Assembly (NCBI GenBank): GCA_020636695.1
Contig: JACJXJ010000004.1
Span: 6,135 to 70,134 of the forward strand
Reading direction: 5' to 3'
Source of the DNA: Prevotellaceae bacterium
GTDB lineage: Bacteria; Bacteroidota; Bacteroidia; Bacteroidales; Paludibacteraceae
DNA: 64,000 nt
The position numbers and the translations under genes are program-made. Under the pieces are notes generated by a model. The model ran no database searches and was not told the origin of the DNA. It saw nothing but the letters and a program-made list of their open reading frames with translations. This document shows positions 52,355 to 62,276 of the stretch, in pieces (the first letter of the stretch is position 1; each line of letters opens with the position of its first letter).

Positions 52355-52693
52355 TTACCACATCAACTGTTGTTTTGAATTTTCGCGCCATCCGGCTTGG
52401 TAATCATAGTCAACGAAATAGATTTTTAAATCGGCCTGATAATCGTATTTAGTAAAATAAATTTTCTTATCCGCTTGGTAGGAATAATCGGTAAAAAACC
52501 ATTTTCCATCATTTTTACCTGCTTGATAATCATATTTTACCTTGTATACTTTCAAGTCTGCTTGATACTCATATTGCACCACATAAACTTTCACATCAGC
52601 CTGATAATCATAATCGACAGTATACACCTTCTGAGCCCACATCACACATGAACTAACCAGAAGCGTCAAAAGAATACCGATTTTTTTCATCAA
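52355..52693 (-). CDS. small secreted/lipoprotein built from six YxYQA(D/G)-xK(V/I)Y repeats
   Basis: Signal peptide with a possible lipobox LVSSC, followed by six 12-13-aa repeats arranged as two QAD-QAD-QAG triplets. Confidence 0.6.
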   Translation of the reverse strand: MMKKIGILLTLLVSSCVMWAQKVYTVDYDYQADVKVYVVQYEYQADLKVYKVKYDYQAGKNDGKWFFTDYSYQADKKIYFTKYDYQADLKIYFVDYDYQAGWRENSKQQLMW

Positions 52694-52709
52694 AACAACG
52701 ATTTAAAAC

Positions 52710-53300
52710 TTACTCTACATGATCAGTAGAATCGGTCATATCAGTAATGGTATAATCAGTAGGTACTGTAAAGGCCGATGATGAAACGGAAGTTGTAAAC
52801 GAAGTAGCTCTTACATCGTTCATAACAAAAGAAATACGTTCCCAACCACCATATTTAGAACCATCTTCAGAGTCAGTATATACCGTACATTTTTTACCTG
52901 CAATTGTTTCAGACGATTTCTTAACATTTTCGTTATAGTTCGCCAATTTCCAAGTTTCTTCCAAGAAACAATAAGCTGTATTAAACAGATATTCACCAGA
53001 ATAGTGGTATTTGTAACCTGTTTTTTCCTCTGTATTCAAGGCATAGTAAGTACTGTCAATGTAAATAAGCACTTCTGTACCTTTTTCAATACGTTGTTTT
53101 TTACCATAATCTGCAAACGACAACGTAGTAGAATCGCTATAAGTTACAGTAGCAGTACGAATTGTAAATACTTTCCCTTCCATAACTTCTGCGATTTCTT
53201 TCAAAGAATCACTCAAATCGCCTAAAATAAAGCAACTTGACATACCAAGTGCAAGTGCTACAAACACTCCTAACCCTAAAATTCGATGTAAACGTTTCAT
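52710..53300 (-). CDS. lipoprotein of unknown function
   Basis: Lipobox LGMSSC. 196-aa Ser/Thr/Tyr-rich beta-type sequence, 16 nt upstream of the repeat-protein gene. Confidence 0.55.
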   Translation of the reverse strand: MKRLHRILGLGVFVALALGMSSCFILGDLSDSLKEIAEVMEGKVFTIRTATVTYSDSTTLSFADYGKKQRIEKGTEVLIYIDSTYYALNTEEKTGYKYHYSGEYLFNTAYCFLEETWKLANYNENVKKSSETIAGKKCTVYTDSEDGSKYGGWERISFVMNDVRATSFTTSVSSSAFTVPTDYTITDMTDSTDHVE

Positions 53301-53540
53301 AATGTACTAAATTAAAAAAATGTAAATAAAAAATGTTTAATAATTAAGACACAAAAATAGAATATTTTTTTTAACAAAACAATAAAACAACAGAAATTTT
53401 CATCATAAAAGTTTGATTAACAAGCGTAAACGCTACGCAAATCAACAATCATACAAAATGTACGAATTGCTGCATTCTACACAAAAAACAACTTAATTAC
53501 CTTAAAATAAGTTATAAAATACTGATTTTACTAGGCAAAC

Positions 53541-53573
53541 AAAAAATCCCTTGCTCTATGAGCAAGGGATTTT
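53541..53573 (-). terminator. intrinsic terminator after htpG
   Basis: AATCCCTTGCTC/GAGCAAGGGATT hairpin with a T-run on the minus strand. Confidence 0.8.
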
Positions 53574-53594
53574 ACATGTTCTACATTTTCTGAA

Positions 53595-55650
53595 TTATTT
53601 GAGCAACGAAACACTACGTTTTACAAAATCGGACAAATCTTTACCTTTTAGCATATTGTTAGCCAACAAAGCAATGTCGATTAACTGTTTTACTTTAGGT
53701 TGTTCAGCAGCAAACGTGCTATAAACTGCTTTTTTCTGTGCGGATAATTCACCGATTTGTTTGTCGAGTGTTTCCAATTCCGCTTTTTCAGCTTGTGGCA
53801 CTTCTTCCTCTTTTTTACCTTGATGCGACTGTTTCAATTCCTCGCGACGTTTTTCAAAATTAGCAATTTCCGTTTGCAGTGGAGCTACCTTTTCGGCACA
53901 CGCAGTCTCTTCTTCTTTCAGCAAGCTATCCACCAACGGATGAGCCGTATTGACCACCAAATTATAACTATCAGGCATTTCGCCATAGAAACTCATCATC
54001 GGATTGCCGCCCGTAGCCGACATATCTTTCATACGACGCATAAACTCATTTTGCGTAATCACAATCGGTTGATCGTCGGCGCCAAGTTGCTCCATAGTGA
54101 CCAAAAACTCTGTTTTGTTGAGTTTTGGCAACTGCGATTGGAACACGCTAGTCAAAGCGGTTTGTTGTTCCGCAGTGAGCGTCACTTTTGGTGCATCAGC
54201 TTTCACAATGAGTTTTTCCACCACATCGCTATCGACACGTACGAAACGTGATTTTTCGTTTTTCTGTTCTAATTGACTAATCCAGTGAATATCCAACTGA
54301 CCATCCATCAGCAACACATCGTAACCTTTCGCTTTAGCCGCTTCAATGTAAGCGTGTTGTTCTTCGGCATTGGTAGCATACAAATAAATCACATTACCAT
54401 CTTTATCAGTCTGCTCTACACTAATCAAATCTCTATATTCGGTAAATGTAAAGGCTTTTCCATCCACATTTTTAAGCAACGCAAAGTCTTTGGCGCGGTC
54501 GTAAAATTTCTCGTCGCTCAACATACCGTACACAATGAAGATACGCAAGGCATCCCATTTTTCTTCGAACGAAACACGGTCGTTTTTAAAGATTTCTTGT
54601 AAGCGATCCGCCACTTTTTTAGTGATGTGTGTCGAAATTTTCTTCACATTTTGGTCGCTTTGCAAATACGAACGGCTCACATTCAATGGAATATCTGGCG
54701 AATCAATCACACCATGCAACAGCGTTAAGAAATCGGGCACAATGCCTACCGAATCGGTCACAAATACTTGATTGCAGTACAATTGAATTTTATTGCGTTG
54801 CAAATCAATGTTGGTTTTGATTTTAGGGAAGTATAAAATACCCGTTAAATTGAACGGATAATCCACATTCAAATGAATATGAAACAGTGGATCTTCGCTG
54901 TATGGATAAAGTTCGCGGTAAAAATTAGCATAATCTTCATCTTTCAAATCGGCTGGCTTTTTAGTCCACGCTGGCTCTGGATTATTGATGATATTTGGTT
55001 CGTTCGTGTCCACTTCTTTGCCCTCTTTCCACTCTTTTTTAGTACCAAAAGCGATAGGCACAGGCAAGAATTTACAATATTTGGTCAACAAACCGCTAAT
55101 GCGTGCGTCTTCCAAAAAGTCTTTGTTGTCGTCGTCGATATGCAACACGATGTCTGTTCCGCGTTCTGCTTTATCGCACGCTTCGAGCGTATATTCTGGC
55201 GAACCGTCGCAGCTCCAATGTTGCGCAGGCGCATCGGTGTACGATTTGGTGAAAATTTCCACCTGTTTGGCTACCATAAACGCCGAATAGAAACCCAAAC
55301 CGAAATGACCAATAATGGCATTAGCGTCCTCTTTGTATTTGTCCAAAAAATCGGTAGCGCCCGAAAACGCAATTTGATTGATGTATTTTTCAATCTCTTC
55401 GGCTGTCATACCCACGCCACGGTCGCTAATGGTTAACGTGCCCGCTTTAGCATCGATTTTTCACAGCTACTTGTAGCTTCGCCCACTTCGCCTTTATACT
55501 CGCCTACCGACGCCAAGGTTTTTAGTTTTTGCGTAGCATCTACAGCATTGACACCAACTCACGTAGAAAAATTTCATGATCGCTGTACAAAAATTTCTTA
55601 ATAACGGGGAAAATGTTGTCCGTCGTTACTCCAATGTTTCCTTTTGCCAT
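53595..55650 (-). pseudogene. htpG: molecular chaperone HtpG (Hsp90) with 3 indels in the N-terminal ATPase region
   Basis: The 606-aa ORF is canonical Hsp90 middle/C-terminal sequence (IGHFGLGFYSAFMVA...). The N-terminus [39 protein letters not shown]...GTLTISDRGVGMT is readable from the ATG at 55650 across frame switches near 55549, 55479 and 55459. Confidence 0.88.
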
Positions 55651-55776
55651 ACTATAATAAGTTTTTAAAATTGAATAGTGATATGATCAGCGCAGCCGAC
55701 CGTGCTTTAGTTTTCAAATAAAATGCCAAACCGTAATTTCTGACAAATTGACACACCAACTCCGCTAAATACGACA

Positions 55777-55807
55777 AACGGCTCTGAAGTGTGCCTTCAA
55801 AGCCGTT
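55777..55807 (-). terminator. possible terminator downstream of the decayed small gene
   Basis: 13-position stem AACGGCTCTGAAG/CTTCAAAGCCGTT (1 mismatch) with a 5-nt loop. The trailing sequence on the minus strand is only moderately T-rich. Confidence 0.35.
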
Positions 55808-55865
55808 GTTCCTATAATTAAATAGTGGAAATCAATTTTGACATGTAAGAAGATACAATCTTAAT

Positions 55866-56347
55866 CTACGTCATTGGCACTTCTTCTACCTTTCGAACCT
55901 TTATCAGATGTAAAATCTTGTTGTGTTTTGAGTTATTACACAAAGCATTTTTTAGCACGATATTTATAGAGACATTTTCAACATTAAAATCTCCAAATAA
56001 GCTGCGCCTTGCATCATATTCATTTTTACAGTTTGCTTCTAATTTCTTTGTATATTCTTTTTTATCTTGAATTAAGATTTTCTTCTAAAATATCTTCCAT
56101 TGCTAATTCAAAAGCTCTATTATGAGCAAAGTCTTGTTTTTCAGAATGATTCTTTTCCTTCTGGAAAATAAAATTTGAAAGTGGTCTATCAATTCAATAA
56201 ATTCAATAGATTTATAACTAGAAGCATCATTAAGATTTTTGACAGATAAAAGTCTTCATAATCAGTTTTGGGCTTTATTTTTCATTACTGGAATTACCTA
56301 CTAAAGTTAATGCCGAACATTAAAATGAGAAATAAATAATTTTTCAT
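55866..56347 (-). pseudogene. badly disrupted small secreted-protein gene (at least 4 frame breaks)
   Basis: The minus strand reads MKNYLFLILMFGINFS / GNSSNEK / KPKTDYEDFYLSKI / KNLNDASSYKSIEFIELIDHFQILF / SEKQDFAHNRAFELAMEDILEENLNS / IQDKKEYTKKLEANCKNEYDARRSLFGDFNVENVSINIVLKNAL...EEVPMT*, spread over three frames. Confidence 0.35.
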
Positions 56348-56649
56348 AACCTTGCTTGTTTTTACGTCTGGACATTAACAGACTATTTGATTTAATAAAA
56401 AATCCTTAGTTGGGTAATATAATCTGCAAATCGCATAAATATGAATATTTACTATAAATACGATTGTATACTCTTTCCACACTCGTCTGAAATATATTAA
56501 ATATTATTCAATTTAAATATAATAAAAAATAAATCAAATAAATCATAATCTATTTATCAACATTTCAACCCTTAACTCTTTCAATTAGCGCGCATTGAAA
56601 AAATGTCAAAAAACGGTAATCTTTGCACGTTTCTCATACGTGATTTTAG

Positions 56650-56657
56650 TACTTTTG
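56650..56657 (+). promoter_or_regulatory. -7 box TACTTTTG for nadB
   Basis: Exact TAnnTTTG match about 90 nt upstream of the ATG at 56747. Confidence 0.45.
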
Positions 56658-56746
56658 ACCTCGAAAAACAACCACGCTGCGCACAGAAAACAACTCCTTG
56701 TTTTTCAATGAATTAACAAAATACGGATTCCATAATACGAGGTTCT

Positions 56747-58289
56747 ATGATACGTAAATTTGATTTTTTGATTGTTGGTAGTGGTATCGCAGGTATGAGT
56801 TTCGCACTCAAAGTGGCGAATAAAGGAAAAGTAGCCATTCTTTGTAAAACCACGTTGGACGAAGCCAACACCGCGTTGGCACAAGGTGGCATTTCGTCGG
56901 TAACCAACACGGTGGTGGACAATTACGAAAAACACATACAGGACACGCTCATCGCTGGCGATGGCATTTGCGACCTGAAAGCGGTAGAAAAAGTGGTAAA
57001 AAATGCGCCCGCACAAATTAAACAGTTGCTCGAATGGGGCGTGGATTTCGACAAAACGCCCGACGGCGCGTTCGATTTACACAAAGAAGGCGGACACTCC
57101 GAATTTCGTATTCTGCATCACAAAGATTCTACGGGCGCCGAAATTCAACAAAGTTTAATCGAACGGATTCAATCGCACCCCAATATTACGGTGTTTGATC
57201 ACCATTTTGCGATAGATATTCTCACACAACATCATTTGGGCGAGTGTGACGCCATTCGAATATCAGTGTTGGTATTTGTATACTTACACGAAATCGTAAT
57301 GACGGTATTTTGTTAAGTGACATGTTGGCTGACGGCGTGTATATGAAACTACGACTAATCCACTCGTTGCTACAGGCGACGGCATTGCCATGGTGCATCG
57401 CGCTCGTGGTGTGATTCGCGATATGGAATTTGTACAATTCCACCCAACAGCATTCTTCCATCCAGGCGTTCATCCTTCGTTTTTAATTACCGAAGCCATG
57501 CGTGGTTATGGTGCGGTGTTACGTACCAAAAAAGGCGAAGAATTTATGCACAAATACGACCAACGTGGTTCGTTAGCGCCTCGTGATATTGTGGCGCGCG
57601 CCATCGATACGGAGATGAAATTGGCAGGAACCGACCACGTTTACCTCGACGTCACGCATAAATCGGCCGAAGAGACGAAAAAACATTTCCCCATGATTTA
57701 TGAAAAATGTCTGTCGTTCGGTGTCGATATTACGAAACAATACATTCCTGTAGCACCAGCAGCGCACTATTTGTGTGGTGGCATTGTGGTAGATGAACAT
57801 GGCAAAACCAGCATCAACCGCTTATATGCAGCCGGCGAATGTTCGTGCACCGGTTTACATGGTGCTAACCGTTTGGCTTCAAATTCGTTAATCGAAGCGA
57901 TTGTATATGCCGATGCGGCTGCCGAACACGTATTGGAACAGGTAGACCAATTCACTTATCAAGAAGGCATTCCAGAATGGAACGACGACGGTACATCACT
58001 ACCCGAAGAGATGATATTAATCACGCAAAGTTTGAAAGAAGTTCAGCAAATTATGTCGTCGTACGTGGGCATTGTGCGGTCGAACTTACGCCTAAAACGT
58101 GCCATGACGCGCTTGGAAATTCTGTTTCGCGAAACCGAAAGTTTATTCGACCGTTCGGTCGTTTCCCGCGACATTTGCGAACTGCGTAATTGCATCAGTG
58201 TGGCTTACCTTATTATAAAGCAAGCCACCGCTCGCAAAGAAAGTCGAGGTCTGCATTACACCATAGATTATCCACACAAAAACGATTAA
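56747..58289 (+). pseudogene. nadB: L-aspartate oxidase with several indels between about 57230 and 57390
   Basis: FDFLIVGSGIAG FAD motif, AQGGI and RILHHKDSTG. The segment YETTTNPLVATGDGIAMVHRARGV is readable only after a frame switch near 57340. The C-terminal half is intact (FHPT, ESRG). Confidence 0.85.
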
Positions 58290-58321
58290 ATAAGGTATTC
58301 CTCAATTCTAGTATTTTTTGT

Positions 58322-58329
58322 TATCTTTG
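58322..58329 (+). promoter_or_regulatory. -7 box TATCTTTG for the DUF2723 gene
   Basis: Exact TAnnTTTG match 43 nt upstream of the ATG at 58372. Confidence 0.5.
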
Positions 58330-58371
58330 CGCTGCAATTTTTAATGATAATCACATTATAAAAGAACCATA

Positions 58372-61300
58372 ATGAAACGATTCAAATTGTTCAACAACAT
58401 CGTGGGCTGGGTGGCTTTTGCCATCGCCGCTGTCACTTATTTACTCACCATAGAACCAACAGCTAGCTTTTGGGATTGTGGTGAATTTATTTCATCAGCC
58501 TTTAAATTGGAAGTAGGTCACCCACCGGGAGCACCTTTTTTCATGATGACAGCCCATCTATTTACACTGTTAGCCTCTGATGTTACACAAGTAGCAGCTA
58601 TGGTTAATTCCATGTCGGCGTTATGTAGTGCTTTCACGATTTTGTTCTTATTCTGGACCATTACGCATTTGGCACGCAAAATTTTGTTGAAAGAGGGCGA
58701 AGAAATGTCCGTAACCAAAATAATTGCTATCTTGGGTGCTGGTCTTGTAGGCGCATTAGCCTACGCATTCTCCGATACATTCTGGTTTTCGGCTGTTGAA
58801 GGTGAAGTTTATGCGTATTCTTCGTTATTCACCGCAGTGGTATTTTGGGTGATGCTCAAATGGGAAGATGCTGCGGATAAATCGGGTTCTGACCGTTGGA
58901 TTATTCTGATTGCTTACCTTATGGGATTAAGTATTGGTGTCCACTTACTGAACTTATTGGCGATACCAGCCATTGTGTTAGTTTATTATTTCAAAAAATA
59001 TACGCCAACTACAAAAGGCGTCATTTTGGCTATTGTAGCGTCTGGTGCTATTTTAGTAGCCGTGCTTTACGGTTTGATTCCAGGTTTTGTAAAAGTAGCT
59101 AGCTGGTTCGAATTGCTATTTGTCAATTCACTTGGCATGGCGTTTAACACAGGCTTAATCATTTATTTGATTGTGGTAACAGCTGTACTTGTGTGGGCTA
59201 TTTACGAAACACAAGCGGGCAAAAACGTAGTACGCATCAAAATCGCGTTCTTATCAGCGTTAACACTCCTTGGAATTCCATTCGTGGGCGACAACGTGAT
59301 ACTTGGTTTACTACTTGTGATTGGTGGTGGCTTATTTTTGTTTTTATACAAAAAAGAGATTAGCCGTCGTTGGTTAAATACCATCATTTTGTGTGCTACC
59401 ATGATGTTGGTGGGCTATGCGTCATACGCCATGATTGTGATTCGTTCGGCAGCTAATACACCGATGGATCAAAACTCACCTGACGATGTATTCTCGTTAC
59501 AATATTATTTGAATCGTGAACAATATGGCGATCGCCCATTAATCTACGGTGCCATTTACTCTGCGCCCGAAAAATTAGAAGTAGTAGGTAACAATTGTAT
59601 GCCGATACAAAAAGAAGGTTCTCCTGTGTGGATTCGCAAAGAAAAAACAACAGAAGGAGAAAAAGATTCATACACCATATCGGGTTACAAACACCGCGGT
59701 TACGAAATGGACGAACGTTTTATGATGCTGTTCCCTCGTATGTACAGCACGAACGAAGATCATATCAATGCGTATAAAAGTTGGGCCAATGTAAAAGGTA
59801 ACCGCATCAAAGTAGACCGTTGCGGCAATATGGAATCCATAGTATGTCCTACGTTTGGCGAAAACTTGAAATTTTTCTTCAAATATCAATTGAATTTTAT
59901 GTACTTCCGCTATTTCATGTGGAACTTTAGCGGTCGTCAAAACGATATTCAAAGCCACGGCGAAATTGACCATGGTAACTGGATTACAGGTTTAAGTTTT
60001 ATTGATAACGCCATGCTCGGTGACCAAACCAATGCACCCGCTATTATGCGTGAAAATAAAGGTAACAACCGTTATTTCTTATTGCCGTTATTATTGGGTA
60101 TCTTAGGTATTCTATGGCAATTGGGCAACGGTAAAAAAGGCACTCAAAGTTTCTGGATAACTTTTACGTTATTCTTCATGACAGGTATTGCTATCGTTAT
60201 CTATTTGAATCAAACGCCTTACCAACCACGCGAACGCGATTATGCGTATGCTGGTTCGTTCTATGCGTTCTCTATTTGGATTGGTTTAGGAATTCTAGCC
60301 GTGATACAAGGACTTAAAAAATTCATGCCAAAAACGATAGCTACTGTACTTGCCGTAATTCTTGGTTTAGGTGTTCCTACACTTATGGCAGCCGAAAACT
60401 GGGACGATCACGACCGTAGCGGTCGCACCACGGCACGCGATTTTGGAGCTAACTACTTAAATAGTTGTGCACCAAATTCTATCTATTTTTGCAATGGCGA
60501 TAACGACACCTTCCCTATTTGGTACAACCAAGAAGTAGAAGGCACACGTACCGACGTACGCGCTTGTAACTTGAGCTACCTATCCACCGACTGGTACATC
60601 GACCAAATGAAACGTGAAGCATACGAATCGAAACCTCTTCCAATTTCATGGGATCGCAAAGATTATGTAAGCGGTAATTTAGATATTTCACGGGTGATTG
60701 ACCATCCAAATTTTGGCGGTCAAATGCCTTTAAAAACGGCTTTAGAATTAATTCGTCTTCCCGAATTTATTGAAGACGGCATTGGTACGATGTTCGCTAG
60801 CACAGTGACAGTTCCAGTGAACAAAGATCAAGTACTAAAAACAGGTACTGTAAAACCAGAAGAGGCTGACAAAATTGTAGATGAAATGAGTATTAAACTC
60901 GGCCGTTCTGCTCAGAAATCTGATTTGATGGTATTGGAAATGATCAACAGCAATAATTGGGAACGTCCTATGTACTTTGCCGTAACAGTAGGCGAACAAT
61001 TTTATCCAAATATCAAAGAGTACTTGCAGTTGGAAGGATTAGCTTACCGTTTGGTGCCAATAAAAGGCAATGCAGAACGCGTAAACACCGAGGTTATGTT
61101 TGACAATATGATGCACAAATTCAAATATGGAGGCGTTGATAATCCAAACGTATATTTGGACGAAAACAATTTACGTATGTGTCGTACATTCCGCCTGATG
61201 TTCTCGGAATTGATTGGTGCTTTAATCAAAGAAGGAAAAACTGACAAAGCTGTAGAAGCGTTGGATTATTGCTTGAAAGTTATTCCTGCCGAAACAGTGC

Positions 61301-61590
61301 CACACGACTACACATCGATGCTCTTAGCCAATTACTATTACGAATTGGGTAAACATGAACAAGCCGATGCGTTAGTCAATAACATCGCAGCGCAAATCTA
61401 CGAGCGCTTAGATTGGATTGCGAGTTTGCCAAACGACAAACGTAGCAACTTATCACGCGAAATGAGCGTACAACAAAATATGGGTATGCTGCAAAATATT
61501 TATTATAATTGTGCTGATGCAAAAAGTACGTTGACAGAGTCATTACGTACCAATTTTGAAAAATATTATCAACTGTTACCTATACGTTAA
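58372..61590 (+). CDS. DUF2723/TMEM260-like GT-C fold membrane glycosyltransferase with C-terminal TPR-like domain
   Basis: 1072 aa. The N-terminus TIEPTASFWDCGEFISSAFKLEVGHPPGAPFF is the DUF2723 hallmark as I remember it. More than 10 TM segments, then a soluble helical C-terminus. Confidence 0.7.
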   Translation: MKRFKLFNNIVGWVAFAIAAVTYLLTIEPTASFWDCGEFISSAFKLEVGHPPGAPFFMMTAHLFTLLASDVTQVAAMVNSMSALCSAFTILFLFWTITHLARKILLKEGEEMSVTKIIAILGAGLVGALAYAFSDTFWFSAVEGEVYAYSSLFTAVVFWVMLKWEDAADKSGSDRWIILIAYLMGLSIGVHLLNLLAIPAIVLVYYFKKYTPTTKGVILAIVASGAILVAVLYGLIPGFVKVASWFELLFVNSLGMAFNTGLIIYLIVVTAVLVWAIYETQAGKNVVRIKIAFLSALTLLGIPFVGDNVILGLLLVIGGGLFLFLYKKEISRRWLNTIILCATMMLVGYASYAMIVIRSAANTPMDQNSPDDVFSLQYYLNREQYGDRPLIYGAIYSAPEKLEVVGNNCMPIQKEGSPVWIRKEKTTEGEKDSYTISGYKHRGYEMDERFMMLFPRMYSTNEDHINAYKSWANVKGNRIKVDRCGNMESIVCPTFGENLKFFFKYQLNFMYFRYFMWNFSGRQNDIQSHGEIDHGNWITGLSFIDNAMLGDQTNAPAIMRENKGNNRYFLLPLLLGILGILWQLGNGKKGTQSFWITFTLFFMTGIAIVIYLNQTPYQPRERDYAYAGSFYAFSIWIGLGILAVIQGLKKFMPKTIATVLAVILGLGVPTLMAAENWDDHDRSGRTTARDFGANYLNSCAPNSIYFCNGDNDTFPIWYNQEVEGTRTDVRACNLSYLSTDWYIDQMKREAYESKPLPISWDRKDYVSGNLDISRVIDHPNFGGQMPLKTALELIRLPEFIEDGIGTMFASTVTVPVNKDQVLKTGTVKPEEADKIVDEMSIKLGRSAQKSDLMVLEMINSNNWERPMYFAVTVGEQFYPNIKEYLQLEGLAYRLVPIKGNAERVNTEVMFDNMMHKFKYGGVDNPNVYLDENNLRMCRTFRLMFSELIGALIKEGKTDKAVEALDYCLKVIPAETVPHDYTSMLLANYYYELGKHEQADALVNNIAAQIYERLDWIASLPNDKRSNLSREMSVQQNMGMLQNIYYNCADAKSTLTESLRTNFEKYYQLLPIR

Positions 61591-61595
61591 TAAAC

Positions 61596-61632
61596 AAATA
61601 AAGCCTCTTCTGGACTAGAAGAGGCTTTATTT
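61596..61632 (+). terminator. intrinsic terminator after the DUF2723 gene
   Basis: AAAGCCTCTTCTGGACTAGAAGAGGCTTT hairpin followed by ATTTAT. Confidence 0.7.
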
Positions 61633-61660
61633 ATACTATAAAACTACGCCTTATAGACTT

Positions 61661-62269
61661 ATGTTCGTTGAACAACCACCACATTTTTTACGTTTAATTT
61701 GGAAAGGTACTTGGCGCAAAAAACAAGCCGGTAAAAAAGTCGTCTATCTAACGTTCGACGATGGACCATCGCCTGTGACTACACCCAAGCTGTTAGATCT
61801 TTTGGATGAGCATGCTATTAAAGCGACTTTTTTCTGCGTGGGAGATAATGTACGCAAATATCCCGATTTATTTCAAGAAATCAAGCGTAGAGGGCACCAA
61901 GTAGGCAATCACACCATGCATCACCTCAAAGGATTTTGTACAGATTACGATACCTACATTCGCGATGTGACCATAGCAGACAAACTCATACAAAGTCATC
62001 TCATGCGTCCTCCTTATGGCCGCATAAAACCACAACAGCTACGCACGTTGTCAAAAAAATATGAAATTGTGATGTGGGATGTGATTACACGCGATTACAA
62101 CAATAAACTCACACCCGAAGAAGTATACACCATTGTGAAACGATACACGCGTAATGGCTCTATCATCGTTTTTCACGATTCGGAGAAAGCTGCTAAGAAT
62201 ATGTTTGGAGCATTACCCGATTCCATTCACTTCTTAAAAGAGCATGGCTACTCGTTCGAGTTACTTTAA
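61661..62269 (+). CDS. polysaccharide deacetylase (NodB homology, CE4) family protein
   Basis: LTFDDGP, the HTMHH His motif and RPPYG, which are CE4 motifs 1-3. Confidence 0.85.
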   Translation: MFVEQPPHFLRLIWKGTWRKKQAGKKVVYLTFDDGPSPVTTPKLLDLLDEHAIKATFFCVGDNVRKYPDLFQEIKRRGHQVGNHTMHHLKGFCTDYDTYIRDVTIADKLIQSHLMRPPYGRIKPQQLRTLSKKYEIVMWDVITRDYNNKLTPEEVYTIVKRYTRNGSIIVFHDSEKAAKNMFGALPDSIHFLKEHGYSFELL

Positions 62270-62276
62270 GAGTAAT

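Noticed and set aside
53757-55436. Several 60-190-aa plus-strand ORFs (53757-54251, 54273-54602, 54873-55436 and others) lying opposite htpG. Similar antisense ORFs lie inside uvrA, nfnB, the DUF2723 gene, kdsA and mreB.
   Set aside because: Each lies antisense to a gene with unambiguous conserved motifs. Their translations are low-complexity, rich in F, L, S and R, and lack promoters. They are typical shadow ORFs.
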